From positions 1-64,000 of the forward strand of contig JBHLPH010000010.1 in NCBI GenBank assembly GCA_048939625.1: a stretch of 64,000 nucleotides of DNA, in the 5' to 3' direction. The DNA comes from Promethearchaeota archaeon (GTDB taxonomy: Archaea; Asgardarchaeota; Hermodarchaeia; Hermodarchaeales; Hermodarchaeaceae). This document shows positions 9,322-18,796 of this stretch, piece by piece. The notes under the pieces are model-generated. The model did no database searches and was not told the DNA's origin. It saw only the letters and a program-made list of their open reading frames with translations. Position numbers and translations under genes: made by a program. Each line of letters starts with the position of its first letter. Position 1 is the first letter of the stretch.

Positions 9322-10500
9322 ATGCCAGCTGAAGATCATTTTATCAATCGTGGATTGCTCAAAGTCAAAGTAAATGACTTTTTACGCCAGGAACTTCGCC
9401 GTGCCGGCTATGCTGGCGTAGATCTCCAAAAGACTCCACTGGGGATGCGCGTTGTTGTCTATGCATCACGCCCAGGAATGGTCATTGGCCGTCGTGGAAC
9501 CACAGTCCGTGAACTAACGGAAACCTTAGAGCACGAATTTGGCTTAGAAGCTCCACAGATTGAAGTTAGCGAAGTGGAAGTCCCCGAACTCAACGGACCC
9601 ATCATGGCTGAACGATTAGCCCAGCGACTTGAACGCGGTGACCATTTCCGTCGTGCTGCCTATGGGGTGCTTCGCCGCATCATCAGTGCTGGAGCGAAAG
9701 GCGTGGAAATCTCCCTTTCTGGGAAACTGACCAGCCGCCGTGCACGATATCAAAAATTCCGAAGTGGATTCGTAGCCAAAACTGGTGAACCAATCCGCAC
9801 TGCTGTGAGTCACGGTTGGGCTTTTGCGATTATGAAACCTGGTGTCTTGGGGGTACAAGTTCGAATTATGCTCCCCGACGCCGTAGCACCGGATCACCCT
9901 GTCATTGTAGAGCGAGAGGTAGTAGTTGAAGCTGTTCCAACGCCTACTCCAACAACCACAGAACCCTCTGAAACCCCTGAAGCTGCGGATATTGAAATTA
10001 TTGAAGAAGAGCTACCTATCGAGGAAGCTTCATCAATAGAAGAGTTTGTTGACGAAAGCACTGAACCAGTCCCCGAACCAACTCCTGCACCTACTCCAGA
10101 ATCAGTTCCGAAAGAAGTTCCTTCCGAAGAGGAAAAACCTGCTCCTGAAGAACCGAAGGCGAAGCCCAAGGCCAAATCCAAAGAGGAACCTGAAAAAGCC
10201 CCAGAGAAACCGAAGGCGAAGCCCAAGGCAAAGAAGAAAGAAGTAGAAAAAGCGAAGCCGAAGGCGAAGAAGGAAAAAGCCGAGACGAAGCCTAAGGCGA
10301 AACCGAAGGCGAAGAAAAAGGCTGAACCCAAAGAAAAGGCAAAGAAAGAGAAAAAAGCCGAATCTAAGGCAGCCAAGAAAGAAGAAAAACCAAAAGCGAA
10401 AGCCATGACCAGCAAAGCTGCTGAGAAGGAAAAGAAGTCGAAATCCAAGGAAACCAAAGCAAAGGCTTCAAAATCCAAGAAGGAGTCTTCGAAGAAGTGA
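9322..10500 (+). CDS. rps3: 30S ribosomal protein uS3 with about 190-aa acidic then Lys-rich tail
   Basis: KH domain RPGMVIGRRG, GAKGVEISLSGKL. Confidence 0.97.
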   Translation: MPAEDHFINRGLLKVKVNDFLRQELRRAGYAGVDLQKTPLGMRVVVYASRPGMVIGRRGTTVRELTETLEHEFGLEAPQIEVSEVEVPELNGPIMAERLAQRLERGDHFRRAAYGVLRRIISAGAKGVEISLSGKLTSRRARYQKFRSGFVAKTGEPIRTAVSHGWAFAIMKPGVLGVQVRIMLPDAVAPDHPVIVEREVVVEAVPTPTPTTTEPSETPEAADIEIIEEELPIEEASSIEEFVDESTEPVPEPTPAPTPESVPKEVPSEEEKPAPEEPKAKPKAKSKEEPEKAPEKPKAKPKAKKKEVEKAKPKAKKEKAETKPKAKPKAKKKAEPKEKAKKEKKAESKAAKKEEKPKAKAMTSKAAEKEKKSKSKETKAKASKSKKESSKK

Positions 10501-10520
10501 GATGAGGAGGCGAGTGGGGT

Positions 10521-10754
10521 ATGGCATTACTGAAAATGAAAGAAATTCGGAGTATGACTGTTGAAGAACGAGATCGAAAGCTCGATGAACTCAGGGCTGA
10601 ACTTGCCAAACAACGCGCTGCAATGTTATCTGGCGCTGGAATGGAAAATCCAGGGGTCATTCGGGGTATTCGAAAAAACATTGCTCGGATTCTTACTGTA
10701 AACAATGAAGAAGCGCGGAAAGCTGCTGCTGAAGGTCTAGGAGGTGGCGAATAG
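10521..10754 (+). CDS. rpl29: 50S ribosomal protein uL29
   Basis: ENPGVIRGIRKNIARILT. Confidence 0.95.
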   Translation: MALLKMKEIRSMTVEERDRKLDELRAELAKQRAAMLSGAGMENPGVIRGIRKNIARILTVNNEEARKAAAEGLGGGE

Positions 10755-10756
10755 CA

Positions 10757-11038
10757 ATGCAGTATACCTCTCGGTTAGCACTTCGCCCCCTCATTGGTCT
10801 ATCTGCTATAGTAAAGCAGGCAACAAATCCTACACTCCACCGAATTACCGGTGTCATTGTGGATGACACTCAGAATATGCTGACACTCTTTGATGGTCAT
10901 CGAACCCGCCACGTTCCCAAGACCTCAAGTCTGTTTGAACTGTCTTTACCAAATGGTGAGACAGTCGAAATTCCCGGGAAGGCTCTTTTAGGGCATCCCG
11001 CAGAACGCTTAAGGAGGGCGAAAAAACTACAATGGTAG
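10757..11038 (+). CDS. rnp1: RNase P protein subunit Rpp29/Pop4
   Basis: LIGL..GVIVDDTQNML..VPK..G..L.GHPAERL; syntenic position. Confidence 0.88.
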   Translation: MQYTSRLALRPLIGLSAIVKQATNPTLHRITGVIVDDTQNMLTLFDGHRTRHVPKTSSLFELSLPNGETVEIPGKALLGHPAERLRRAKKLQW

Positions 11039-11376
11039 CTCGAAATATCGGCTTAAAAGTCACTCCACCCGAACAGGAATGTGAAGATCCTAATTGTCCA
11101 TTTCACGGAACTCTGCCTGTTCGTGGTCGGGTCCTTGAAGGCGTGGTAGCCAGTACAAGGATGAAAGGCACCATAACGGTTCGCCGTGAGTACCTCCGAT
11201 TTATCAAGAAATACAAACGATACGCACGCAGTCACTCAATGACAGCGGCCCATCATCCCCCTTGTATTCCTCTTGAGGTAGGAGATACTGTTCGAATCGC
11301 CGAATGTCGACAAATCAGTAAGACGGTATCCCATGTCGTTGTCGAACGAATCAAAACCAAGGAGGCAACCGAATAA
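11032..11376 (+). CDS. rps17: 30S ribosomal protein uS17
   Basis: CEDPNCPFHG, ECRQISKT. Confidence 0.97.
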   Translation: MVARNIGLKVTPPEQECEDPNCPFHGTLPVRGRVLEGVVASTRMKGTITVRREYLRFIKKYKRYARSHSMTAAHHPPCIPLEVGDTVRIAECRQISKTVSHVVVERIKTKEATE

Positions 11377-11798
11377 TGGTCAAACGAGGAAAGAAGACCG
11401 CAGGCGTAGCTCGAACACGAATTAGTCGCGGGCTTCCCACTGGCGCCCGCCTCATCGTCGCAGACAACAGCGGTGCCCGAATCGTCGAAATTATCTCAGT
11501 CATTGGCTGGCATGGACGCCTTCGCCGACAACCCGCAGCTAGCGTTGCGGACATGGTCGTGGTCTCCTGTAAAGCAGGAACCCCCAAAATGCGACGCCAA
11601 GTCCTTCGCGGGATTATCGTCCGACAACGCCGACCATATCGCCGAAAAGGTGGGCAATGGATTCGCTTTGAAGACAATGCCATCGTCATCACCTCAGAAA
11701 CAGGTGATCCCCAAGGGTCAGAAATCCGTGGACCCATTGCTAGAGAAGCCGCTGAACGCTGGCCCCGAATTGCCAGCGTAGCAAGCATCATCGTTTAG
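11376..11798 (+). CDS. rpl14: 50S ribosomal protein uL14
   Basis: ADNSGA, FEDNA, GPIAREAAERWP. Confidence 0.97.
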   Translation: MVKRGKKTAGVARTRISRGLPTGARLIVADNSGARIVEIISVIGWHGRLRRQPAASVADMVVVSCKAGTPKMRRQVLRGIIVRQRRPYRRKGGQWIRFEDNAIVITSETGDPQGSEIRGPIAREAAERWPRIASVASIIV

Positions 11799-11811
11799 GA
11801 GTCGAACAAAA

Positions 11812-12198
11812 ATGACCTCACGAAAACCCAAGAAACAACGTAAAGCCCGATACACCGCACCTTGGCATCGTCGCCACAAACACCTCACAGCGAAGCTTGC
11901 TCCTGAACTAGTGGATAAACACGGCATCAAACGAATTCCAGTTCATACAGGAGACACCGTCTATATTACTCGTGGAGCGTTCCGTGATTCCGAAGGCGAT
12001 GTCCTTGAAATCGATATGAAGAACCTCAAACTGAGCATCGAAAACATCACCATCGAAAAAGTGGATGGCTCAGCGGTTCCTTTTCCCATTCGCCCCGAGA
12101 ACGTCATGATCACCAAACTCAACATCGACAAGACTCGTCAAGCCGTCATTGATCGTAAAGCGGCAGCACGAGCAGAACTCGAAAGCAAGGAGGATTAG
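11812..12198 (+). CDS. rpl24: 50S ribosomal protein uL24
   Basis: SRKPKKQRK, GDTVYITRG, PIRPENVMITKL. Confidence 0.96.
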   Translation: MTSRKPKKQRKARYTAPWHRRHKHLTAKLAPELVDKHGIKRIPVHTGDTVYITRGAFRDSEGDVLEIDMKNLKLSIENITIEKVDGSAVPFPIRPENVMITKLNIDKTRQAVIDRKAAARAELESKED

Positions 12199-12202
12199 AA
12201 CC

Positions 12203-12943
12203 ATGGCAAAAGGTCCAAGAAAACACATGAAACGATTGGCTGCACCTGGTCACTGGCAAATCAAACGGAAAGTTCGTCCCTTCACTATACGTGCCAACCC
12301 AGGATCCCACGCACTACACGAAGGCATCCCGTTAGGTGTAATCATCCGTGATATGCTTAACCTAACCACAACCCTCGCTGAAACTCGACGTGTCCTCGCT
12401 CAAGGTCATGTGAAAGTCGATGGAAAAATTCGCAAAGACTACAAATATCCCGTTGGGCTCATGGATGTCATTCAGATTCCGACATCGAAAACACGAGTAC
12501 GTGTCGTCCCAGATTCTCAACACCTTCTGCAACTCTATAATATTGCAAAGAAAGAACAGGACATCAAACCCTGTAAAATTACAAGCAAGAACACGGTGGC
12601 AAAAGGGAATATTCAACTCCATCTCCATGATGGTCGAACAATCTTACTCGAAGTGAAAGATCCCAAGGCTAAGCCCAAGATACCCTACAAACCAGGTGAC
12701 ACCGTGCTCATCAAAGTCCCCGATCAGACCATTCAGGAACATATCCCACTCAAGGAAGGTATCATCGCTGTTATCACAGGTGGCGATCATACAGGAAACG
12801 TGGGTAAACTTACGAAAATCGACACAGAAAACCGCTTGGGTACCATCAAAACCGCCGGTGACAAATCCATTCTCACCGCGATTCGGTACGTATTCCCCCT
12901 CGGTAAAGATGCACCTTTGATTTCCATTCCGGAGGCTGGCTAA
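12203..12943 (+). CDS. rps4e: 30S ribosomal protein eS4
   Basis: KHMKRLAAP, VDGKIRKDYKYPVGLMDVI, LHDGR. Confidence 0.97.
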   Translation: MAKGPRKHMKRLAAPGHWQIKRKVRPFTIRANPGSHALHEGIPLGVIIRDMLNLTTTLAETRRVLAQGHVKVDGKIRKDYKYPVGLMDVIQIPTSKTRVRVVPDSQHLLQLYNIAKKEQDIKPCKITSKNTVAKGNIQLHLHDGRTILLEVKDPKAKPKIPYKPGDTVLIKVPDQTIQEHIPLKEGIIAVITGGDHTGNVGKLTKIDTENRLGTIKTAGDKSILTAIRYVFPLGKDAPLISIPEAG

Positions 12944-12945
12944 TC

Positions 12946-13602
12946 ATGTCAACAGCAAAGAAAACATCATCATCAAAAAGCACAACAAAGCGGACAACAT
13001 CAGCGAAAGCTACAACTGAAGCTTCAGCTGCCAAGCCAGCAAAACCTGCCCCCAAACAGAAAGCGAAAAAAGACAACGTAATGCGACAAATCTTCATTTC
13101 CAAAGTTGTTGTCAACATGTCCCTGGGAACCGCGGGCGAACCCCTAGCAAAAGCTAAAACAATTCTCGAAGAATTGACGGGACAAAAACCCACAGAAGTG
13201 CTAGCAAAACGCACCAATCGGGATTTTGGCCTCCGACAAGGCGAACCCATGGGATGCAAAGTTACCCTACGCGGAGAAAAAGCAAAGGAATTCGCTAAAC
13301 GCGCCTTAGATGTCTCTGATTTCCAAATTCCAATCAGCGCGATAGATCACGCAGGCAACGTCAGTTTCGGAATCTCCGAACACATACAGATACCTGGCGT
13401 CAAATACGACCCGAACCTAGGTATCTTCGGCATGGATGTCTGTATCTGCACCGAACGCCCCGGATTCCGCATAAATCGTCGACGTCGGGCACGCCACAAG
13501 GTTCCACGCCGTCATCGGATTACACCCGATGAAGCCATGACTGTACTCTCATCTGAGTTGGGAATTCAATTTACCCGACCAGAACTGGAGGATGAATACT
13601 AA
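12946..13602 (+). CDS. rpl5: 50S ribosomal protein uL5 with Ser/Thr/Lys-rich N-terminal extension
   Basis: KVVVN, GCKVTLRG, YDPNLGIFGMDV. Confidence 0.97.
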   Translation: MSTAKKTSSSKSTTKRTTSAKATTEASAAKPAKPAPKQKAKKDNVMRQIFISKVVVNMSLGTAGEPLAKAKTILEELTGQKPTEVLAKRTNRDFGLRQGEPMGCKVTLRGEKAKEFAKRALDVSDFQIPISAIDHAGNVSFGISEHIQIPGVKYDPNLGIFGMDVCICTERPGFRINRRRRARHKVPRRHRITPDEAMTVLSSELGIQFTRPELEDEY

Positions 13603-13751
13603 TGTCAAAAGAGAAGAAACAGGGTAAAGGTCACCGCACGTGCAAACGCTGCGGAACCCACCGTGCAATCATTCGAAGCTTCAATATTGGATTATGCAGA
13701 CGATGCTTCCGAGAAGTAGCCGAAGAGCTCGGATTTCGGAAATTCAGCTAG
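13602..13751 (+). CDS. rps14: 30S ribosomal protein uS14 (49 aa, not in the ORF track)
   Basis: Hand translation [49 protein letters not shown]; Zn-finger; between rpl5 and rps8. Confidence 0.96.
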   Translation: MSKEKKQGKGHRTCKRCGTHRAIIRSFNIGLCRRCFREVAEELGFRKFS

Positions 13752-13758
13752 AGGTGAA

Positions 13759-14157
13759 ATGGTAATGACTGTAAAGAATCCATTAGCAGATGCGTTTTCA
13801 ACCATCATGAATCACGAAGCCCTTCGAAAATCCGAGGTTATCATCGCCCCTGCATCAAAGAAAATTGGGGCCGCCTTGCGCATTATGCAACGCATGGGCT
13901 ATGTCGGTGAATTCGAATTCATCGATGATGGAAAAGCCGGAATGCTCCGAGTGGAACTGTTAGGTCGGATTAACCAATGTGGTGTAATTAGTCCACATCA
14001 TCCAGTCAAACGAACTGCCTTCGAGGAATGGGAGAAGCGCTTTCTGCCTTCCCGAGCATTTGGGTTTCTCATCGTTTCAACACCCAAAGGCTTCATGACA
14101 CATCGTGAAGCCATTGAACAAGGTCATGGAGGACGCCTCATCGCTTACGTTTACTAA
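13759..14157 (+). CDS. rps8: 30S ribosomal protein uS8
   Basis: [30 protein letters not shown]. Confidence 0.97.
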   Translation: MVMTVKNPLADAFSTIMNHEALRKSEVIIAPASKKIGAALRIMQRMGYVGEFEFIDDGKAGMLRVELLGRINQCGVISPHHPVKRTAFEEWEKRFLPSRAFGFLIVSTPKGFMTHREAIEQGHGGRLIAYVY

Positions 14158-14177
14158 CCTCTGGAGCGGATTAAGAA

Positions 14178-14741
14178 ATGCCACCAAAAACAACTCACTT
14201 TGAAAGAACGACTCCAATCCTGGAAGGCACCGAAGTCAGTATTGAGAATAAACGTGTGACCGTGAAAGGTGAAAAGGGTGAGCTCGTCCGTGACTTCAGT
14301 CACGCTGATGTTGAAATCAAAAAGTCGCGTAACGACATCGTCGTCTCTGTAGAATATCCACGAAGTCGTCAAATCGCATTAGTTGGCACCGTTCTGTCAC
14401 ATATCAAAAACATGATGCTTGGTGTAACCTATGGGGTCACCTACAAGATGAAAGTGGTCTTTGCTCACTTTCCCCCCTCAGTGAAAGTAGAAGGCGATCG
14501 GCTCATCATCGAAAACTTCTACGGCGAAAAAGCCCCACGCCGCGCCAAAATTCCGCCTGGAGTGACCGTGACCGTTCAAGGTGATGATGTCATCTTAGAA
14601 GGCATTGATATTGAACTCGTCGGACAAACTGCCGCCAACATCCAGCGTTCCACGAAACTCCGACGAAAAGATCCCCGCAAGTTCCATGATGGAATTTACG
14701 TATTCGAAAAACAACTAGGTGAACGTCACTGGAAGATTTAG
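14178..14741 (+). CDS. rpl6: 50S ribosomal protein uL6
   Basis: AHFP, NFYGEK, KDPRKFHDGIY. Confidence 0.97.
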   Translation: MPPKTTHFERTTPILEGTEVSIENKRVTVKGEKGELVRDFSHADVEIKKSRNDIVVSVEYPRSRQIALVGTVLSHIKNMMLGVTYGVTYKMKVVFAHFPPSVKVEGDRLIIENFYGEKAPRRAKIPPGVTVTVQGDDVILEGIDIELVGQTAANIQRSTKLRRKDPRKFHDGIYVFEKQLGERHWKI

Positions 14742-14762
14742 CCGAAACGGATGTGACCAGCT

Positions 14763-15209
14763 ATGAGTAAGAGTAAACGAATCAAAAAACTTCAACGTGA
14801 ACTCAACAAGAAGCGTTTACACAATCAGCGTAAGCCTAAATTCCGTCGTCCGGAGAGTTGGCGATATAAGCGCCTAGATACCGGTTGGCGGCGACCTAAG
14901 GGAATTGACTCCACGATTCGGAAACGTGAGAAGAGTCAGCCCAAAATGCCTACCATCGGCTATCGCAGCCCTACCAAGCTTCGAGATTATCATCCGTCTG
15001 GCTATAAAGAAGTCATCGTTCACAATCTTCAGGAAATGGAAGGATTACATCCCAAAATCCATGTGGTTCGCATTGCCCACCGAGTGGGTGATCGAAAGCG
15101 CTTAGCCATCATTGACCGCGCAGATGATCTTGGTCTCCGTGTACTGAATCCCCAACTGAAATCCGAGGTTCGCGAACTCCTTGACCTCGAAACTGAGGAG
15201 ATCCTCTAG
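14763..15209 (+). CDS. rpl32e: 50S ribosomal protein eL32
   Basis: WRRPKGIDS, PTIGYRSP, HPSG. Confidence 0.97.
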   Translation: MSKSKRIKKLQRELNKKRLHNQRKPKFRRPESWRYKRLDTGWRRPKGIDSTIRKREKSQPKMPTIGYRSPTKLRDYHPSGYKEVIVHNLQEMEGLHPKIHVVRIAHRVGDRKRLAIIDRADDLGLRVLNPQLKSEVRELLDLETEEIL

Positions 15210-15223
15210 AAGGTGAAGAAGAA

Positions 15224-15673
15224 ATGAATGTCAGTACCCAACGTGAATTGGCTGCTCGAATCCTCAAAGTCGGAGTTAACCGGGTCTGGATAGATCCAGA
15301 CCGGCTTGATGATGTAGCGTTAGCTATACGTCGTGATGACATCCGGAAATTAATCCACGAAGGCGCTATCCGCAAGGTTCCAATTCAAGGTGTCAGCCGA
15401 GGACGAGCTAAGGTCGTCCATGAAAAACAAAAACGTGGCCTTCGCTCAGGTCCCGGCAGTCGAAAAGGTAAGCGAACTGCCCGACTCTCAAGCAAAGAAA
15501 GTTGGATGATTAAAATCCGGGCAATACGCCTACACCTCAAAAAACTACGAGCTAGACGCATTATCAAACCACGGGATTACCGACGATTATACCGGCTCTC
15601 AAAGGGAGGAGTATTCCCCTCAATCCGACGAGTCGACATGTACATTCAAGAAAATAAAATGAAGAGGCGATAA
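15224..15673 (+). CDS. rpl19e: 50S ribosomal protein eL19
   Basis: RVWIDP, GPGSRKG, YRLSKGG. Confidence 0.97.
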   Translation: MNVSTQRELAARILKVGVNRVWIDPDRLDDVALAIRRDDIRKLIHEGAIRKVPIQGVSRGRAKVVHEKQKRGLRSGPGSRKGKRTARLSSKESWMIKIRAIRLHLKKLRARRIIKPRDYRRLYRLSKGGVFPSIRRVDMYIQENKMKRR

Positions 15674-15676
15674 AAT

Positions 15677-16285
15677 ATGGCACACGGACCACGATACAAA
15701 GTTCCCTTTAGACGGCGCCGAGAAAGCAAAACCGATTATCATGCACGACGACGCATGGTCGGTTCTGGACGACACCGGCTAGTTGTCCGAAAGACAAGTA
15801 CACGAATTATTGTCCAAGTAATGGAAGCCCTACCGGAAGGAGACCGCTGCATAGCTGTAGCTGACTCGCGGCAACTCAAAAAATTTGGGTGGCGGGCAGG
15901 AGTAAAAAATCTTCCAGCAGCTTATCTTACCGGTTTCCTCGCCGGTCATCTAGCTCTGAAATCGGGAACGAATGCAGCGATAGCCGATATTGGGTTAACT
16001 CAACCCATCCCTGGCTCTCGGGTGTTCTCGGCAGTTAAGGGTGCAATTGATGCTGGGCTCGCTGTTCCATGCTCGGATAAAATGTTTCCCAAAGACAAAC
16101 GCATTCGAGGCGAGCACATTGCCAACTACGCCAAGGACTTGAGTGAAAATCAACCATCCAGCTTCCAACGGCAATTCGGAAAAGTGTCTAAGGGACGAGT
16201 AGAGCTCACTCAACTCCCCAACATGTACGATACAACCAAGAAGAGTATTGAATCGAATTTCACTCGCGGGAGGTCAACGAAATGA
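15677..16285 (+). CDS. rpl18: 50S ribosomal protein uL18
   Basis: [20 protein letters not shown]. Confidence 0.97.
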   Translation: MAHGPRYKVPFRRRRESKTDYHARRRMVGSGRHRLVVRKTSTRIIVQVMEALPEGDRCIAVADSRQLKKFGWRAGVKNLPAAYLTGFLAGHLALKSGTNAAIADIGLTQPIPGSRVFSAVKGAIDAGLAVPCSDKMFPKDKRIRGEHIANYAKDLSENQPSSFQRQFGKVSKGRVELTQLPNMYDTTKKSIESNFTRGRSTK

Positions 16286-16941
16286 GTCGCTCTCGTCCAC
16301 AACGTCCACGACAATTCGAAATCGATGAATGGGAACCAGTCACCAAAGTCGGACGTCAAGTAAAAGCTGGTGAAATTACCTCTCTGGAGGACCTATTCCA
16401 ACTCGCTTTACCCATTAAAGAACCTGAAATTATTGACGTCCTCCTCCCTAATCTGCAAGAAGAAGTCATTGACATCAACTTGGTGCAAAAGCAAACCGAT
16501 GCCGGGGAGAAATCCCGATTTAAAGCCACAGTTATAGTAGGCAATGAAAACGGGTTTGTGGGTATTGGTGAAAGTAAAGCTCCAGAAATTGGTCCTGCCA
16601 TCCGCAAAGCCATCCTTCGGGCGAAGCTAAACCTTATCTCGGTTCGCCGTGGATGTGGAAGTTGGGAATGTGGCTGTAACGATCCCCACTCGGTTCCATT
16701 TGAGGTAGATGGAAAAACCGGAAGTGTTCGGCTCAAACTTATCCCTGCACCCAAGGGTGTTGGATTGGTAACGGCTGACACCATTAAAGTCGTCTTACGA
16801 CTTGCCGGCATTAATGATGTGTGGTCTCGAACCCGCGGGCATACCCGAACAACCCTTAACTTCGCCCATTCAGTCTTTCGAGCACTGAAAAAAACCAATC
16901 AAATTATGACACCACAAGATTGGACACGGAGAGACGAATAA
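16282..16941 (+). CDS. rps5: 30S ribosomal protein uS5
   Basis: [25 protein letters not shown]. Confidence 0.97.
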   Translation: MSRSRPQRPRQFEIDEWEPVTKVGRQVKAGEITSLEDLFQLALPIKEPEIIDVLLPNLQEEVIDINLVQKQTDAGEKSRFKATVIVGNENGFVGIGESKAPEIGPAIRKAILRAKLNLISVRRGCGSWECGCNDPHSVPFEVDGKTGSVRLKLIPAPKGVGLVTADTIKVVLRLAGINDVWSRTRGHTRTTLNFAHSVFRALKKTNQIMTPQDWTRRDE

Positions 16942-16942
16942 C

Positions 16943-17437
16943 ATGGCAACAGAGGCAAACAAGACTCATCCACTGCTTGCAGTCATTCGGATACGTAGTA
17001 GCATTGGATTACGTCAAGAAACCAAGGATACCCTTTCGTTGTTAAGCCTGTCCCGGGTTAATCATGCTGTAATTCTCGATAAGCGCCCGACCTTTCTAGG
17101 AATGCTCCAACAAGCCAAGGATGCACTTACCTGGGGTGAAATTGATGCCCCCACATTATCCCGTCTACTTCGAAAGCGAGGTCGATTACTTGGTGATAAA
17201 CCGGTTACAGATGAGTATGTGGCAAAGCATTCTCAATACAAGACCATTGATGAATATGCCAAAGCCCTTGTCTCGAAAAAAGAGGAAACCTTAGCACTTC
17301 CAAAATTGAAGAAAGTCTTTCGGCTTCATCCACCTTCCAAGGGCTTTCATGGAAGTCTTAAACGCACAATTCAACAAAAAGGAGAACTAGGATATCGCGG
17401 TGAGGATATCAACGCCCTCCTCAAACGAATGTCATAA
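16943..17437 (+). CDS. rpl30: 50S ribosomal protein uL30
   Basis: TWGEID, FRLHPPSKG, GELGYRG. Confidence 0.96.
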   Translation: MATEANKTHPLLAVIRIRSSIGLRQETKDTLSLLSLSRVNHAVILDKRPTFLGMLQQAKDALTWGEIDAPTLSRLLRKRGRLLGDKPVTDEYVAKHSQYKTIDEYAKALVSKKEETLALPKLKKVFRLHPPSKGFHGSLKRTIQQKGELGYRGEDINALLKRMS

Positions 17438-17469
17438 GAGGACTGATACGGAAACAGGAAGGACAAATT

Positions 17470-18009
17470 ATGGCTGAAGATGACGATCGCCGAAAGCGCA
17501 AACGCTGGTGGGACGATGAATCCACCGATGCTCAATTCGAAGCTCTTCAACGCATGTTCGAAGAAATCATGAAAATGTTCTCTGATGTAAATCCTGAAGA
17601 CATGTTTGGACCCGATGCCCAACATCAGCTTGAAGAGATTATGAAACAATTGGAAAAGAACCCCATGGTATGGGGCTTTTCTGCTGGCATCGGCCCAGAC
17701 GGCAAGATGCGCTTAAATCCCTTTGGCAACTTAAAACCCGAAGGTGCTCCTCCTGCCGTTCGCTCTGAACGCGAACCCCTCATTGATGTCCAGGAACAAG
17801 AAGACAGCATCATAATCATCGCCGAACTTCCTGGCGTCAAACATGATGAAATCAATATCAAAGTAACAGATTATGCGGTAACTCTTCAGGTTGAATCCAA
17901 GGATCGGAAATATGCGAAAAACATCGATCTTCCAGCTCCAATTGATATCGACCAAGTTACCTCGAATTATAACAACGGCATCCTTGAAATTCAACTTCAA
18001 AAACGGTGA
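17470..18009 (+). CDS. Small heat-shock protein (Hsp20/alpha-crystallin)
   Basis: GFSAGIGPDGK..FGN, REPLIDV, AELPGV, YNNGILEI. Confidence 0.92.
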   Translation: MAEDDDRRKRKRWWDDESTDAQFEALQRMFEEIMKMFSDVNPEDMFGPDAQHQLEEIMKQLEKNPMVWGFSAGIGPDGKMRLNPFGNLKPEGAPPAVRSEREPLIDVQEQEDSIIIIAELPGVKHDEINIKVTDYAVTLQVESKDRKYAKNIDLPAPIDIDQVTSNYNNGILEIQLQKR

Positions 18010-18016
18010 AATGAAT

Positions 18017-18715
18017 ATGGCACAACGGAAACCCAAGAAGGTCCGGAAACGTCGTGGCTACCGTCAGCATGGATATGGACGAATAGGTCAACACCGCAAA
18101 GGTGGCCAACGGGGTGGTAAAGGTAAAACCGGTGGCAAGAAACATGACTGGACCTACGTCACCGCCCATGATCCCAATCGCTTTGGAAAACATGGGTTCC
18201 ATCGTCAAGACGAGCTCCGTCAATCACACACGACTATTAATGTTGGAGACATTGTCCGAAATCTCTCCCACTTCACAGAGGGCAAGGCCTCCACTAAAGC
18301 TGCTCCTATCTCTATCGATCTAGCTGCTCATGGTTATGATAAAGTGCTTGGTGCAGGTCGAATCAGTATTCCCCTCACTATTTCTGCCCCGCTTTTCACT
18401 CACCGAGCCGCGGAAAAAATTAAGGCTGCGGGAGGGAAAATCAAAGGGACTGTGCAGGATCCAACCAAACACACGGCGCCTTCTTTGCGAGAACCTCCGA
18501 AACCTTCACCAAAACCAAAAACCGCACGCGTTACTAAACCTAAAGTTAAACCCAAGAAAGCAATCAAGGCTAAGTCCAAGTCTGCAACCAAAACGAAACC
18601 GAAATCTAAGGCAAAGACTACAACGAAAAAAGCTGCTTCAAAAGCGAAGTCTAAATCAGCTTCGAAACCAAAAGCGAAACGAGCGACAGCTACAAAAGGA
18701 AAAGCGAAGACCTGA
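18017..18715 (+). CDS. rpl15: 50S ribosomal protein uL15 with Lys-rich C-terminal tail
   Basis: HGYGRIGQHRKGG, FGKHGF, KVLGAG, KIKAAGG. Confidence 0.96.
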   Translation: MAQRKPKKVRKRRGYRQHGYGRIGQHRKGGQRGGKGKTGGKKHDWTYVTAHDPNRFGKHGFHRQDELRQSHTTINVGDIVRNLSHFTEGKASTKAAPISIDLAAHGYDKVLGAGRISIPLTISAPLFTHRAAEKIKAAGGKIKGTVQDPTKHTAPSLREPPKPSPKPKTARVTKPKVKPKKAIKAKSKSATKTKPKSKAKTTTKKAASKAKSKSASKPKAKRATATKGKAKT

Positions 18716-18796
18716 ACCAAAACATAATTAAACTGCAATTACCTCCGCAGTTCAACTTCGACACGGATTTATTTAGAATATTGTGGGGCAAAAGGC

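Noticed and set aside
10150-10320. Repeated AACCGAAGGCGAAG units resembling a repeat array
   Set aside because: Coding KPKAK repeats in the uS3 tail with irregular spacing; not CRISPR. No CRISPR array or cas gene was seen in the window.
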